DNA from: the human T2T-CHM13v2.0 reference genome, Homo sapiens
Direction: 5' to 3' (one strand)
NCBI RefSeq assembly: GCF_009914755.1
Contig: NC_060934.1
DNA: 64,000 nucleotides
Shown here in pieces: positions 31,855-46,585 of this stretch. The position numbers were made by a program, and so were the translations under genes. The first letter of the stretch is position 1. Every line of letters begins with the position of its first letter. The notes beneath the pieces are model-generated. The model made no database searches, was not told the origin of the DNA, and saw nothing but the letters and a program-made list of their open reading frames with translations.

Positions 31855-34800
31855 CATATGTAAATTGTTGCCGTTTTAAGTCATTGAGTTTTGAGGTAGT
31901 CTGTTATGCTTCAGTAATAACCAGAACACAGAGTGAAGATAAATGACAAAATAGAGGAGAAAGAGGCACATTTAATACCAAGACACTGCAGGCAGTAGAG
32001 TTAGGCGTGACCCCAGGACACAGCCAAAATGTAAAAAGGAAAGTGAATGATAAGAAACAATATTAGCCTCTAAGGATTAATTATCTATACTGCAAACCAA
32101 TTTCTGGATGCTAGTAACACATGTAAATGGCTACCATCACATCAATCATGAAGGTATGAGATTATTCTCCAAGGAAGTACCAACTGGACATTGTATATTT
32201 TTTCTATACAACGAAGACAGCTTTCTCTTTTGCCAGACTCAACCTTCCCAGACCCTCTTTGGCCTGCAGCATCAGCCTCACAAAGCCTCCTGGTGAATGC
32301 TCTTCAACACACCCAGTTATCAGGAAGCTGGACTCCACCAGCCTTGGGGGCTCTGGGTTCTGTGAGCCCCCCCATCCCAGAGCTGCTCCATACCTTGAAG
32401 ATTCAGTCCATCTGACTGTGTGTCCAGCAACCCAGCTTGGGACAACTGCCCTTGTGTCTTGGACTTCTACATCCCACTGAAAAGTTAGCACCCCTTCACC
32501 TGTGTGAGCTGGACCCTGCCCCACTTCAACTCCTGGCTGGCATCTTGCATGTACCAGACACACCGTCTGACCTGGATGCTTTCGCAGGGTGGGGCCAGAG
32601 TCCTCCCGCCCCTTTGCATGTCTCTAGAGTGGACAACTGGCTACCCCACTTCAGATAACTGCTCTGAAGTTCAGTTAGTCCTCCAAGCCCCCATACCAGC
32701 TTCCTCTAGCTGCACAGTGACCTGCCTTGCAGCAAAGCCACCAAAGTTGTGACAACTCTTGCAGAAAGTGAAACATCCCAACAACCACATTTGCCCACCT
32801 GGATCCATTGTGAAACCTCTTTTCTTTTAAGCACTTCCTTTGGTGACTCCCCCAACACCACTGAGGGAAGTCCAACGTATGCCAGCTCAGTGCTTCCTTG
32901 ATTTACTTGTGGCAGCCTGCAAAGCAAGCCTGCCTCTATGGAGCTGTTTATCTAAGTGGGTCATTTAAGTTCAGATTGCCAGTTAATACCTGTGGAGCTG
33001 AGTCCCAGCTTACTCAGCTCTGGGACTAGCGGAAAGACTTAATAGACCTCAACCTCTCACAGGTTGGCAGTTTAAGCAGAAATTTCCAAATCTGCCAAAG
33101 GAACAGCTTTGCTGCTTCAGTTGCTAGAAGGGGGAACCAAGTGGAGAACGTGATGGCCTATTAACCCTTCTGCCAAGAAAACTGGGTTGCAAGGTTAAGG
33201 AGCAGTGCCTCAAGGGTCACAGGCATCTGCGGATACCTCCTGTGGTCCAGTGATAAGCATCAGAGAAACGCCCAACAATGCACTCGTTCTTTCTCCTAGA
33301 GAGAGGGGAGGGGGAGGCGGTCTGAGTGGGTGGGAGGAGAACTTCTGAGGCTTGATTGAGCCCCATTGTGAAGCTGTCGGGGAAGATTGCACAGCTGGGC
33401 TAAGTGTTGTATTCAGCAAAGCACATGATGGACACTGCTTTTGTACCAGGGACACTTCAATCAGCACGGAGCCTTAGACAGCTGAGAAAATTAAAGCCTT
33501 TTCAAGCCCTTTCACAACACACCTGATTTCTGCGTTAAAGTTGGGGGTGGATGGGCAGTGTGTTGGGTAATTGCCAGCCCTGAATGTCACCATAGGCGAC
33601 AGGCTCACTCTGATCTTCTCAGACAATGGGGGAAAGCCAGCCCTCCCGATATTTAGGCAGCCCCGTGCGCTAGTGATAGCCATTGGCCTCAGAAGAGGCA
33701 TGCTGGGCCATGATCCCACTAACTTTCAGCCCCAACTTCACCTTGCATTGAAGGGTAGGATCCAGAGATTTCTGACCCCAAGTCACAGGACTGAGCTGTC
33801 AGGGAAGCCAGCTGATTTGGCAGCAGAATTCTCCCCAGACAGCAAGCAGCAAGTACCAAGCAGTGAGGAGGGAGAGGTGAGTCTGGTGTTCTGTAGGAAA
33901 CAGCTAGGGTGGCCCATCATCAGATCCACAGGATGTAGGTAATCCACATTCTGATCAGGCTGATGGTTCTTTTGAGGGAAACTGAAGGTGTTCTCAGCAG
34001 TTAGCAGGGAGGGCCAGGTGTCGTGGCAGTGGCCTGTCCTAGCAGTGCAAGCAGAGTGTTGAGAAGACCTGGACATCTAGTCTGCTCTGTGTGAGGTTCA
34101 GAACTAGGTGGCTTACACACTCAGTTTCTTGGAATCCTCATAGCAACCTAATTGACAGAAAAAAAAAAAACTGAGGTTCTGAGAAGTTTAGTGACATGCT
34201 CAAAGTCACACAGTTAATTACAGAGATGAAATTCAAACCTGCCTCTCTAAGACCCCTCAACGGTGTTTGGTTCATACAAAACCAAAGGAAGATGGTGATG
34301 CTCAGATCTTGCTGGGCTCAGGACTGCAATGCTGTTCTTCTAGGGAGATGGACCTTAAGTGAGGAAGCAGGGAGCCAGGCAGGAAAAAATCTGTCCTGCT
34401 AGAGATTAGCTGTAGGGGAGGCGGGGCAAAGCTCCTGCAGGTCCCCTGTGGCCCATGTCATTCTGGTGAAGCAGATATCAAAGTGGGGAGAGCAAGTATC
34501 TTCAGCTCCCCCATAACCTTCTATAATGTCTTCTGAAATATAATGCAATGCAAGATGGCACTCTCCTTGGCTCAGAGACCCCCTCACAGGGAGCCCTCTG
34601 AACACAGTATATGAAGCTGGCTGAAGCCAGGAGACACAGACTGGCAATCTGCCCACTTCATGCTTTGAAAAACTCAGGTATTCATGGAAATTCCTTAGAG
34701 GCATGGTCTCAACTCTCACCTTTGGCTCTGCATGCTCCAGATATTGATACTGATCAATACAAAAGACAAGAAGTGATAGCCCAACTCATTAATTATCTCC

Positions 34801-35796
34801 TCAGAGATGAGACTAGTTAGTTCTTCCATTACTTTGAAGTTATCCTTATCTCATCATCTCTTTGAGCAGATATCTTTCAGAGCCCTAGAAAGAACACAGG
34901 GTCTGCCTGAGGCCATGTATTTGAGCCCAATGCCTGTGACTGCTGTGGGGTTCCCATCCTTGCACTTGGACTCTTAACCTCCACAGAGCCTAGGTTGGGG
35001 GAAGTTGTCGTTACTCAGCATCCATTTGGAAGGTTGGCAGCAGCTGGAGCTAGCAGATCAAGTCTTCAATCCCAGGTCCTGCAGGAGCACAGCCAAGGCA
35101 GGATCCCTGCTGACACCGTGGCTGAGGTCAGCCCCAAGCTTCTCCAGCTCATTCCCGCCTTCAAGGATTTGCAGTTGCTGTTACCTCCCTCAGACCATTT
35201 TCTCCAGACTCTGGCTCAGCTGGCACCTTATTTTTATTCAGATGATAACTCAAATGTCACCTCTTTAGGGAGAGCTTATCCAACAACCTGAATTCTTTTT
35301 CTTCTTAGCACTTAACACTATCCAGGTTATCCTGTTCACAGGTTTGTGTGCATGTGCCTGTGTGTCTCTTTCACTAGGACATAGATTCTATGAAATCGGG
35401 GACCTCATTCCTCTCATTCATGGCTGCCTCACTGGGACCAACGACAATGCCTGCACAAATAGCCAGTGCTCAATAATACATGAAAATGCATTCAGAGGAA
35501 TCTCAAATGCCACTGACAGTGTGGAATTTATGCTTCTGCCATTGGTCACAGGAGTGGAGATGAGGGCTAGCTCAGTAGAAGTTTCAGTGGCTCACTTTCA
35601 GTGTGAGTACAAAGGTGTATGCAGCAGAAAGCATGGTTCATGGCACAGTGACAGGCACAGTGGAGAGGCTCTTGGTATCAGCAGATAAGCCTGGGACCAA
35701 GGGTTGGAAGTAAATAAGGTCAGAATAGTGAAGCTCTTACCATAAGGCCCACATGTGAAAAAACACTCAATTTCTGGTGCAGAAGACTAAGGTGTC

Positions 35797-36586
<790 letters not shown>

Positions 36587-37489
36587 GTGGTTAGGGCTAC
36601 CTGGGGCCCCTGGCATATACTGCTCCAGCAATAGCCTCCCAGCTGGACTGACCATAGCACTAAGGAAGAGTGATGGCTAATCCCCCAGGAGGCATGTGCT
36701 GATCATGCTGAGACAGAGACAATACCACAATCCCAGATGGACACCCCCGGCCTCCTGGGATGAGTTGACAGGCCAAAGCCTACTGGAGCTGACCATCATG
36801 TGTCCAGCGTCAGGGTCCACATGCAAAGTGGCCTTCACTGAGGGCAAGGACGAACAAGACTCCAGTTGACAGCACCATTAGAAGTGCTGGATGGGCCCTA
36901 GCAAGGCTTCACTCAGAATGTCAAGTTGCTGGCACTGCTTACAAGAGGAGCAGGGTGAGAGGGCCATGAACCATGGGCAGTGGCAGAAGTCGAGGAAAGC
37001 CTTGGCATCTCCAGTCACGTTCACAGATGACAGGTAGGTAAAGGTGGTGACAGAAAAGACTTCCAGCCCCTTCAAAACAGCCCCGCAGGAGTGGCACCTC
37101 CTCAGGCATTTCCTAATAGGAGAAGTGGGTGATGAGGGCAGGAGAAGCAGTGCCTCCTACAGGGCAGCTCCAGCCTGCGTGCTCCTGCCCACGCCGGGTC
37201 CTTGGTGCCACTGCTAGAACGTGCAGGGCTACCAGTGCCAGACACTTTGGGTTGAGCCAAAAGAGCCCCCTCCCTTGCATCTGAAGACCCTTCAGCTGCC
37301 CACGGTAGGAGCCACGGAGGCCAGAGAGAAAGGAAAGGACATAGCACAGTTAGATTTTCTTGTGAGCAAAGGGCTCCACAGAAAAGCTGAGGAAGCCAAA
37401 GGATGGCATCATCAACATTGTCATCCTTCTTCTCCTCATCATCTTCTTGACCTAACAGTCAAGAGCAGGGACTCTTGATTGTGTGAGCT

Positions 37490-37866
37490 GGAGTGTCTGC
37501 TCGGACACTCTAGCTGTATATAGCTGTATGACCTGTAGAATGGACACTACTCTGCTTCTGTTTCCCCATCTATAAGATGGAGCTAATAATAGAACTTAAT
37601 TCATACGCTAGTTGTAAGGGTTAGATGAGTTAACACGGTTAGTGGTTAATACAGGTAAAGCATGGCAGGAGCACTCAGTGAATGCTTGTTATTATTGTAG
37701 TTCTTACCATGGACAAAGCTACCATGTATTTAGGACATATTGTGCATTAGGCACAATACTGAGGACCGTGCAACAAGCATCTTAATTTTTCTGTCTCTAT
37801 ATAGAAGTCTACATAGATATTTCTATCTGTATATAGAGTGAGATCTATAAAGATGTGTGTGCGTGC

Positions 37867-37901
<35 letters not shown>

Positions 37902-37990
37902 GTACTTAGAGATATTAAGATTGCCCAAAGTCACTGAAATACCACAGTAGGGCTTCAAGCCCACATCTCTCTGACTCTCAAGCAGAAATT
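37490..37990. mobile_element. Two MIR remnants and (TG)n (37853-37897)
   Basis: ctgtttccccatctataagatgg core; ttgcccaaagtcac core on the opposite strand. Confidence 0.6.
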
Positions 37991-38460
37991 CTTCAACACA
38001 ATGCAGAAGAACATGTTACTCTCCTTTGTGGCTTAGACAGTAGTCAGTGTTCCAGAACATGGGTAGGTTTGTCCCCTACTCATGGTCTCTAGTGCTCAGA
38101 TGTGCAAGGACATGTGGCTTCTGCAGGAATGTGAGGGCCCAGCCACTGCAGAGCTTTTTTCTTCTTTAGAGGCCAGCCCATGTAGAAATAATAGGTATCA
38201 TGCAGCCATGCTGATGCACACTGCAGCTGTGCTCTGGGGAGAAAATTCCTGCAGGCCTTGGCACATCATAGTCACAGAGGAGCAAAGTGGCTAGCAAATA
38301 TTCAAGACCCCTCCTTTGTCCTTGAACTTCCAGTATCTGCAACTCTCCTGTACAAGGGACTCTGCTCTTAGGCTTGTATTCTAAGTACCTGGAATATAAT
38401 AGGAAATTCAGGAAGCTAGGACAGGAGTGATAACCTGGGGATGACACAGGCTAGAAGGTT

Positions 38461-38935
38461 GTTGAGTTTGAGCAGGCTTAGTGCTTTCACAAATAACCCC
38501 CCACCCACCCCAGCCGCCAGCCTCAGTGGCTTAATACAGCAAAGGTCTTTTTCTTGCTCACATCACAGACCACACGGAATCAGCAGAAAGGGGGGATGAG
38601 GAAGAGTTGTTCTGCTCCATGCAGTCCTCCAGGGGCCCAGGCACCCTGCATTTAGTTGCTCCTCTATCTCCTAGATGCCTTGGAATCCTGGAGGCTTTGG
38701 AACTCTATGCTGGATCTTCTGCATCTGGCTGGCCAACAAGGCAAGAATGAGCCACCGTGGAATGCACAGAGGAGGTATTTAGGTTGCCAGGCCTGGAAAT
38801 GACACACATCACTGCCATCCACCTTCCACTTGCCAAAACTCTCACAGACCTGCAAGGACAGAAATGTAATTAAGCTGTGTGTCCTAGGGGTGTGGGGGAA
38901 TGGAAATTGATAAAATGCTAAGATTCTCTGCTACC
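38461..38935 (-). mobile_element. Old MLT1 (J/K-like) LTR
   Basis: ctcagtggcttaatacagcaaagg..ttcttgctcac; ccaggcctggaaatgacacacatcact. Confidence 0.6.
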
Positions 38936-39469
38936 CATTTCTTTGAGTATTTGCTGGGCATGTGTAACTTAAAACATGGCAGGGATTAATTTCTCCAACC
39001 TGGATTCCCCTTGGCACAGTCCAAATTTCCCACCACCTTGGAGTTCTGACACAAACGAAACAAAAGGAGGCAAATCTTTCAATGTTCTGTTCGGTCCCTC
39101 TTCATCTTGTCGAGTTCAGAAATACAAACTCCCTGGGGGAGCCTCTATTATTTTGAGAATGGCCCAGCTGTGCGTTTCAATTATACACCAAAGGAATTTG
39201 GATGCGTGGGTGCAGCCACACTAAGAAACTCTGCAAAGCAGGGCTCACCTAGAGGACACTCCTGCCACTTACATACCCTCCCCTCTCCATACATGCGTCT
39301 GGAGGTCCTGGGACAAAGCTTACCCAGGTAAGCATGAACTCTCTATGGAGCCAGCTCCCTCACCTGAGGTTTCTGGAGCCCACAGGAGATGGGCAACCTC
39401 CAAAGTACTGCCATTCTCCTGTGGCAAGTGCAGGAGCCAGGAGGACTGCAGTGCATCTGCTATTAATCC

Positions 39470-40050
39470 TGTGATTCTGCAAGTATTTGTTGAACAACAG
39501 TTGTGTGCCAGGTACATGAATAGGCAGCAGGATCTAAACAAGTAAATAAACAACAACAAAAAAACAATTAAAAGAAAGCTTTTGCCTAAGTAGAATTTAT
39601 GGTCGAGGGGGAACGGTGTAACCAGAAAATAAGAAAATACAATTTAATGTGGTATCTGCTGAGATAGGGGAGGTAGAAAATGCTTCCAGAGCTCAGAAGG
39701 GGCATCTGAGCCAGGTTTCGGGAACCAGGGAAGGCTCTGCACCTTGAGCCATGCCTCAGCAGAGACCTGTAGGATGAGACGATGCTACTCACCCAGATGA
39801 AGAGGGCTAAAGATGTCTGATCAGAAAGTGAGAAGAGCATGAGAGCAACAGCCTAAAGAGAGAAACACCAAGTCATTCGGGAGGCTGGAGAATGGAGTTT
39901 GAAAGAAAAAAGGAGCAAAAGAAGCCTAGCAGAGAAGTATTGAATCCTATAGTGTCTCCTTAAGACATTTGGACATTATCCAAAGGGAAAGTGGACAGGT
40001 CCTGAAGAATTTAAAGGACAGGTTGGTGTAGAAAATTCACTCTCTGGCTG
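39470..40050 (-). mobile_element. L2 remnant
   Basis: caagtatttgttgaac...tgtgccagg 3' end motif followed by purine-rich L2-like body. Confidence 0.55.
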
Positions 40051-41809
40051 GCATTTGACAGGTCAAGGTCAGGGTGTGAGGCTGCAGTTGAGCAGAATGA
40101 TGAGAAGACAGGCCCAGAGGAAGATGCAATAGGTATTGGTGGTGGGGGAGGGGTCCTTCCATGCCCAAAGTCCACATTCCAGCAGGCTTACCCATGAGGG
40201 CCCCCCAGGCTGCTACAGCAACAGCAACAGCAGTGACAGGTTAGATTGGGGCTGAGGTTCTGGCCTCATGTGCCCAGAGACCATGCACTTCTACAGCTGG
40301 CACATCTGGTGCAACTAGGAGCTCTGCCTGTGTGAGTGTGTCTCAGGAAGCCAGGGTGCTCTCCTCTCTATGCGACCCTGCAGGCAGCAGCACTTCCCTC
40401 GGGAGACATGGCCACATTCTGAGCATCAAACAGCCTCAGTATTTCATCTTGCAAGACTGCCCAAGCCTCCCTGTAGGGGCTCTTGCCAGCCCTGCATACC
40501 GTAGCCACTGCCAGATTAGCACAGTCTTGTGGGTGCAGGGTGAGAAAAGGGATAACATGGTGTAGGGCGGAAACATGGCCCCTGCCCAGTGAGCTTTGGG
40601 ATGAGGTGCTGGTTAGAGCAGGTAGAGCTGCAGACAGCAGCCTGCCAGGAGAGGACTGGCAGAGACCTGGGGCCTCTGTAGCAGCATTTCACACACTCCC
40701 CTGGGCTTCCTACCCTTAGATTCAGGAATGGGTCAGAGGCGCTCCAAAGGGACCTCAGGTAGACTTTGGCAATGTCCTTAAGCAGGTGGCATAGGCAGCA
40801 GCCAAGGGCCAATTCAGCTGCTCCACCAGGTGGGTCTGCTTCTTGGAAGGTCACTTACCATTCAGGTGAGTTAGCCCAGCATAGGGATTTCGAGATGGAG
40901 TCTTTGAATCTCAAGGCCCGCTGGCATTTCTTTGGCTGTATCTTGCTGCTGCCTTTGATTCCAGTTTGTCTCTTTCCTCTCAAGGGAGACATTACTAATG
41001 TTCTTTTTCTTCCTCCTCAGCTAACTCCTATCAAATGAGTTCATCTACCCTCCCTGAAGCCTCCCTGTTGCGGGGCAGTTCAGGTGATGAAAGTTTCTCT
41101 TGGTGGGTGTCCCTTTTCTCAAGGGAGGGTGCAGACTCCTGTCCTGATCCTGTCCTTTCCTCTGGCACAAGAGTCACCCTAGATAATAACTTCTCATTCA
41201 CAAATGAAATGACGATGATTAAATTATGAAATGTTTTCATTGTATCAAATTTCTCATTTTCTAAACATATTATAACTGAATTTTTATTTCATCTTCCTTC
41301 CATAGTCATTTCTGAAAATTATTTCTTATTCCATTTGTTACAGGTTTTTATAATTTTTTCATTCTATCATATCCCAGTCAGAAAATGTGGCTTGTGCCAT
41401 TTGTACTCTTTGGAACATAATCAGATTTTCTTTGCAGCATACGATACCATCATCGGCTTTTGAATCCTTGATTTATCTATGAGTCAGGTGAAATACATCT
41501 TAGAACAGTTTCCAGGAAGCATAAGAAAGCGGCATACTTTCTACACCATTGCGTTTCCCTAAGTGTTTTTGTTTGTTTGTTTGTTTGTTTTTATGGCTTC
41601 ACACATCAATAACAATTTAGCTGAACACAGAATTCTAGGGTCATGACCTTGCTCATTTAAGCTTCTGGAGATGGTGGTTCTGTGTTGGAGCAAAATCTAA
41701 GGCAAAGGGATGTTGCTTGCTTTGTAGGTACCCTGTTCTTCTGTTGAGATGCACGCAGGATAGTTTTTTTTAACTCCTCTAAATCACGCCATAATTTCTT
41801 CAGCCTAGG

Positions 41810-41960
41810 GCTCCCTGCGCTCTGAGAGCGCCGGAGCACCTCAGAGGAAGTGAGACACCACGTGGAGGGATGAGGGCGGTGGCGCTGCAAGCTCTGGCTT
41901 CTGGGAAGTTCCCCAAAGCGCATAGGGGGCAGCAAGCTTTCCGCAGTAATTTCCCAAGCT
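41810..41960. promoter_or_regulatory. CpG-retaining motif cluster: CTCF-like site, GAS/NF-kB overlap, ETS, E-box
   Basis: GAGGAAGTG 41844, CACGTG 41859, TTCTGGGAA 41899, GGGAAGTTCC 41903, GCGCATAGGGGGCAGCA 41918. Confidence 0.5.
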
Positions 41961-42423
41961 GCACTAAATATTATCAACAAGCACAATAACTCAGCCGTGT
42001 GCTCTGCGCTCTCATTTCCCTTCCATGAGCAGAGGCTTATTATAAATCAGTAGGATTTCTACAGCAAGGGCAAAAGTTGCATGTGTGGAATTGAGGAAAT
42101 AAGAAGTTGAAACTTGAAAAGAATTTTTTAGCCATGTGATATTTTCTCCTCCAGGCTCTGTGTCTCAATGACAGCGTGTTCTCATCGATGCTCAACTTTC
42201 TTTGAGTTTTGCCTCTGTCCTTGCCTGAATCCAGAAAGTTTGGAGCCCTGTAACAAAATTGCTTAATTCCTTAAGCCACTCCCCCAACCACAAATAAGTC
42301 AGTACTAAAAGGCCACATGACTATACTTCAGAACCTAGACAGTGTACTCCAGGAAGAGGATCAGAAGAGGAGAAGATGGCACAGAGGTTGGTGGAGGGCT
42401 CAGAGAATCCCTGAACATGTTCA

Positions 42424-42934
<511 letters not shown>

Positions 42935-43006
42935 TGCAGACTCAAAATTGCTACATGAAGTGCCTAGGCTGATAAACAAAGCTGAAACTCTCAGTTAATA
43001 TTTATT

Positions 43007-43358
43007 GTGGACTTAATATTTATGTCCCCCCAAAGTCTATATGTTGAAATCTAATCCCCAATGCGATAGTATACGGAAGTGGGACCCTTGAGAGATAATT
43101 AGGTCATTATGCTGGAGCCCACATAATGGGACTGGTTTCCTTATAAAGGGATGAATGGCCCAGAGATCTGTTTCTACCCTGTGACGACATGGCCACCATG
43201 AGAAGACGGCCATCTAGGAACCATGAAGCAAGCCCTCACCAGACACAGAATCTTCCAGCACTTTGATCTTGGACTTCCCAGTCTCCACTGTGAGACATAA
43301 ATAGTCTTTATTTAAGTCTATGGTATTTTTATTACAGCAGGCCAAACTGACTAAGGCA
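43007..43358 (+). mobile_element. MLT1A/B LTR
   Basis: atatgttgaaatctaatcccc...ttgatcttggacttcccag...actgactaag. Confidence 0.8.
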
Positions 43359-43735
43359 ATGTCTCAACATATTATACCGCAACACAATTGTTACCAGAAA
43401 GCACTGCTCTAACCTAGTAGTACAGGAAACAGAATGATCCTAAAATTTATCTATTCCTAAGTGTTTCCAGAAATAGTGGGTCTAAAAGACACTCACCAGA
43501 TAAATGATTTAGCTATCAAATGAGTTTCTCTTGAGAAGCCTATCCTAGAATCACAGTGCATGTTATTGTTTTAAAAGCTCTGAGAAGGCCTGCAATAAGA
43601 ACACCACTGAACTTTATTTAGCCCAGTGGTTCCCAGATTATTTGGCCCTAGAGAACTCTTTTCAATTAATATTCATTAACGTTGGACAGAATATGGAACA
43701 CACTTGGGAAAATACCGCTCTAAGAAAAACTTCCA

Positions 43736-44040
43736 GGCCAGGTGTGGTAGCTCATGTCTGTAATCCCAGCACTTAGGGAGGGCGAAGCAGGCATATCACT
43801 TGAGCCCAGGAGTTCAAGACCAGCCTGGGCAACAAAGGGGGTCCTTTTCTCTGCAAAAAAATACAAAAATTAGCTGGGTGTGATGGCACATGCTTGTAGT
43901 CCCAGCTACTTGGGAGGCTGAAGTGAGAGGATCACCTGAGCCCAGAGAGGTCGAGGCTATAGTGAGCCATGATCTTACCACTGAACTCCAGCCTGGGCAA
44001 CAGAGTTGAGACTTTGTCTCAAAAAAAAATAAAAATAAAA
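43736..44040 (+). mobile_element. AluJ
   Basis: Full dimer with AluJ diagnostics; A tail. Confidence 0.9.
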
Positions 44041-45225
44041 AACTTTACAGATCAAAAGATTTACACACTGCTTTCTGCTCTCAGTAAGGTCTCAGCAGGA
44101 AATTAATAAAAAAAGAAAGCTAAGTGTAACCTATTTATTGAATGAGCTGGACTTAGCACAGTGCAAGAAGAAACAAATTTTTCCCTTTTCATCTGATCTC
44201 TTCTATACTTGCTCAGCCAAACAATACATCTCTGTCCCTGAATAAAATCCCAGGGAGATGCCAGCACTTTCTCAACCAGTCTCAGGAATTAGCAAGCATC
44301 CTTATGTTCAGGGGCAAAAAAGGCCAATCAATTTGAATACCAAAACTTAAATCTCTCATCCAATTTAAAACTTTTCGCCCCAGACCACTGTATTAGAGAC
44401 CAGAGAGAAAGTCCATGGTGGGAAAGTCTTTGGAAGGTTTGAGGTTTTTGTTTGTTTGTTTTGCCTTCTACTAAACTGTTCTCACAGGCTTTTTGATTCT
44501 TCCTCCCATGGACCACGTTGCTACTGGTTCTTCTGAGGGTGGGAAAGAGAGAAGAGCAATGAGAGAAGTGAAGAAAGTCAAAGTGTCTTTTATGCCTGGT
44601 GCTATCTCTGGTCTTTTCTGGGTTTTTTAATTCCCTTAGTCATGGCAAACACCCAATTATTGGCTCCTTTGTCCTGTGGGGGCATTTTGGGAGATTCTTC
44701 AAAGACCCTCAATGCCAGAGGTGAGATCTCCCATCTGCAGATTGCTGGCATGGATATTGCCTCTTTGAGCTCACCAGTAGAATGAAGCCTTAAGCTCCTG
44801 GTATAGGCAATCCACAAGGGAGGGGTCACCTCACCCCTCAAGGCCAGAATTTTGGGTGAAGAACCTTTCAGCATATCCAAAGTCTGTCTCATTTCCCAGT
44901 GAGCCACATCTGCAGCTCATTCCCACTCCTATCTCCTTGCACAGCCATCTGGGACAACCCCAGAAAGCCTCCCACCTGTAAGTTTTTTCCAATTGTAAGT
45001 TAGGTTTCAGCCTCTACAGTCTCCAACATCCAGTGTCCTCTTTATGATTGTTTGAAGCTCCTCTTCTCTTGACTTGGTAATAGAGAAAAACTCCCTTTTG
45101 GGAGTGGGCAATGCCCAGCTCATTGGCACCTCTGTGGGGTTTGAGTTCCTAGGAAATAGACCCTGAATTAAAGATTTTTAATATGGATATTTATTGGTGA
45201 ATGACTCACATAAGGAAGTAAAGGA

Positions 45226-46585
45226 GAAACACAAAGGGAAATCTTCATAACTTTGATCTAGGCAAAGATTTTTTTGGATATGAACCCAAAAGCACAGGTA
45301 ACAAAAGCAAAAATATCAAATGGGATTGCATAAAATGAAAAGGCTTCTGCACAGCAAAAGAAACAACCAACAGAGTGAACAGACTATCTATAGAACAGAG
45401 GCAATATTTGTAAATCACACATCTGATAAGGGGTTAATATCCAAAATACATAAGGAACTCAACTAAGGGGTTAATATCCAAAATACGTAAAGAACTCAAA
45501 CAACTCAATAGCAAGAAAACAAAAAACCCAATTTAAAAATTGGCAAAGAACCTGAAAAGATATTTCTATACAAATGGCCAAGTATATTTTTTAAATATTC
45601 AACATCACTAAACATCAAGGAAATGCAAAATAAAACCACAATGAGATGTCGCTTCACACCTGTTAGAATGGTTATTATCAAAAAGACAAGAGATAACAAA
45701 TGTTGAAGAGGATGTGGGAAAAAGAGAATATTGGCACATGGTTGGTGGGAATGTAAATTAAGGCAGACATTATGAAAACACAGTACAGAGGTCCCTCAAA
45801 ATATTAAAAATAGAACTACCATATGACCCAGGAATTCCACGTTTGGGTATATAATCAAAGGAAATGAAATCGGTTTGTAGAAAAGATACTGCACTCCCAT
45901 GTTCACTGCAGCATTATTCACAATAGCCAAGATATAGAATCAACCTAAGTGTCCATCAATGGATAAATGGGTAAAGAAAATTTATACACAACATTATACA
46001 CAACAGATTACAATTTGGCCTTAAAAAAGAAGGAAATCCTGTCATCTGCAACAACATGGGTAAACCTGGAGGTCAAGTCAGTATTCCAAGTGAAATAAGC
46101 CAGCCACAGAAAGACAAATACTGCATAATCTCATTTATATTTGGATTCTTAAAAAGGAAGGTAAGAATGGGGAGATGTGGGTCAAAGGATACAAAATTTC
46201 AGTTAGATGGGAAGTATAAGTTCAGAAGATCTTTGGTACAACATGGTGATTATAGTTAATAACAGTGTACTGCATATTTTGTAGAGATGGATCTCACTGT
46301 GTTGCCCAAGCTGTTCTCAAACTTCTAGGCTCAAGTGATCCTTCTGCCTCAGCCTCTCAGAGTGCTGGGATTATAGGTGTATGCCATACTGCCTGGCCAC
46401 AACATATTGTATATTTGCAAATTGTGGAGTAGAATTTAAATGTTTCCACTACAAAGAAAGATAAGTGTGTGCACATGTTGATTTGCTTGATTTAGTCATT
46501 CCAAAATGTATACATACATCATATCAACATGCTGTACATTATAAATATGTACAATTTTAAAAAGTGAATTAAATTTTAGAAAAAG
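45226..46585 (+). mobile_element. L1MA 3' portion, inserted in an older LTR-like element, with nested Alu monomer (46277-46398, minus)
   Basis: ORF2 C-terminal motifs (ggcttctgcacagcaaaagaaac, caacctaagtgtccatcaatgga) and L1MA 3'UTR. Confidence 0.85.

Larger units (their letters stand above)
30716..31928 (+). mobile_element. MLT1 (G/H-like) LTR interrupted by a nested LTR
   Basis: MLT1 5' (atggctacaaattct..gatactcct) and 3' (ttgttgccgttttaagtcattgagttttg...taaccagaaca) ends. Confidence 0.7.

Noticed and set aside
33305-33334. G-quadruplex-like GGGG-A-GGGGG-N13-GGG-T-GGG
   Set aside because: Long central loop, common motif class, no supporting context.
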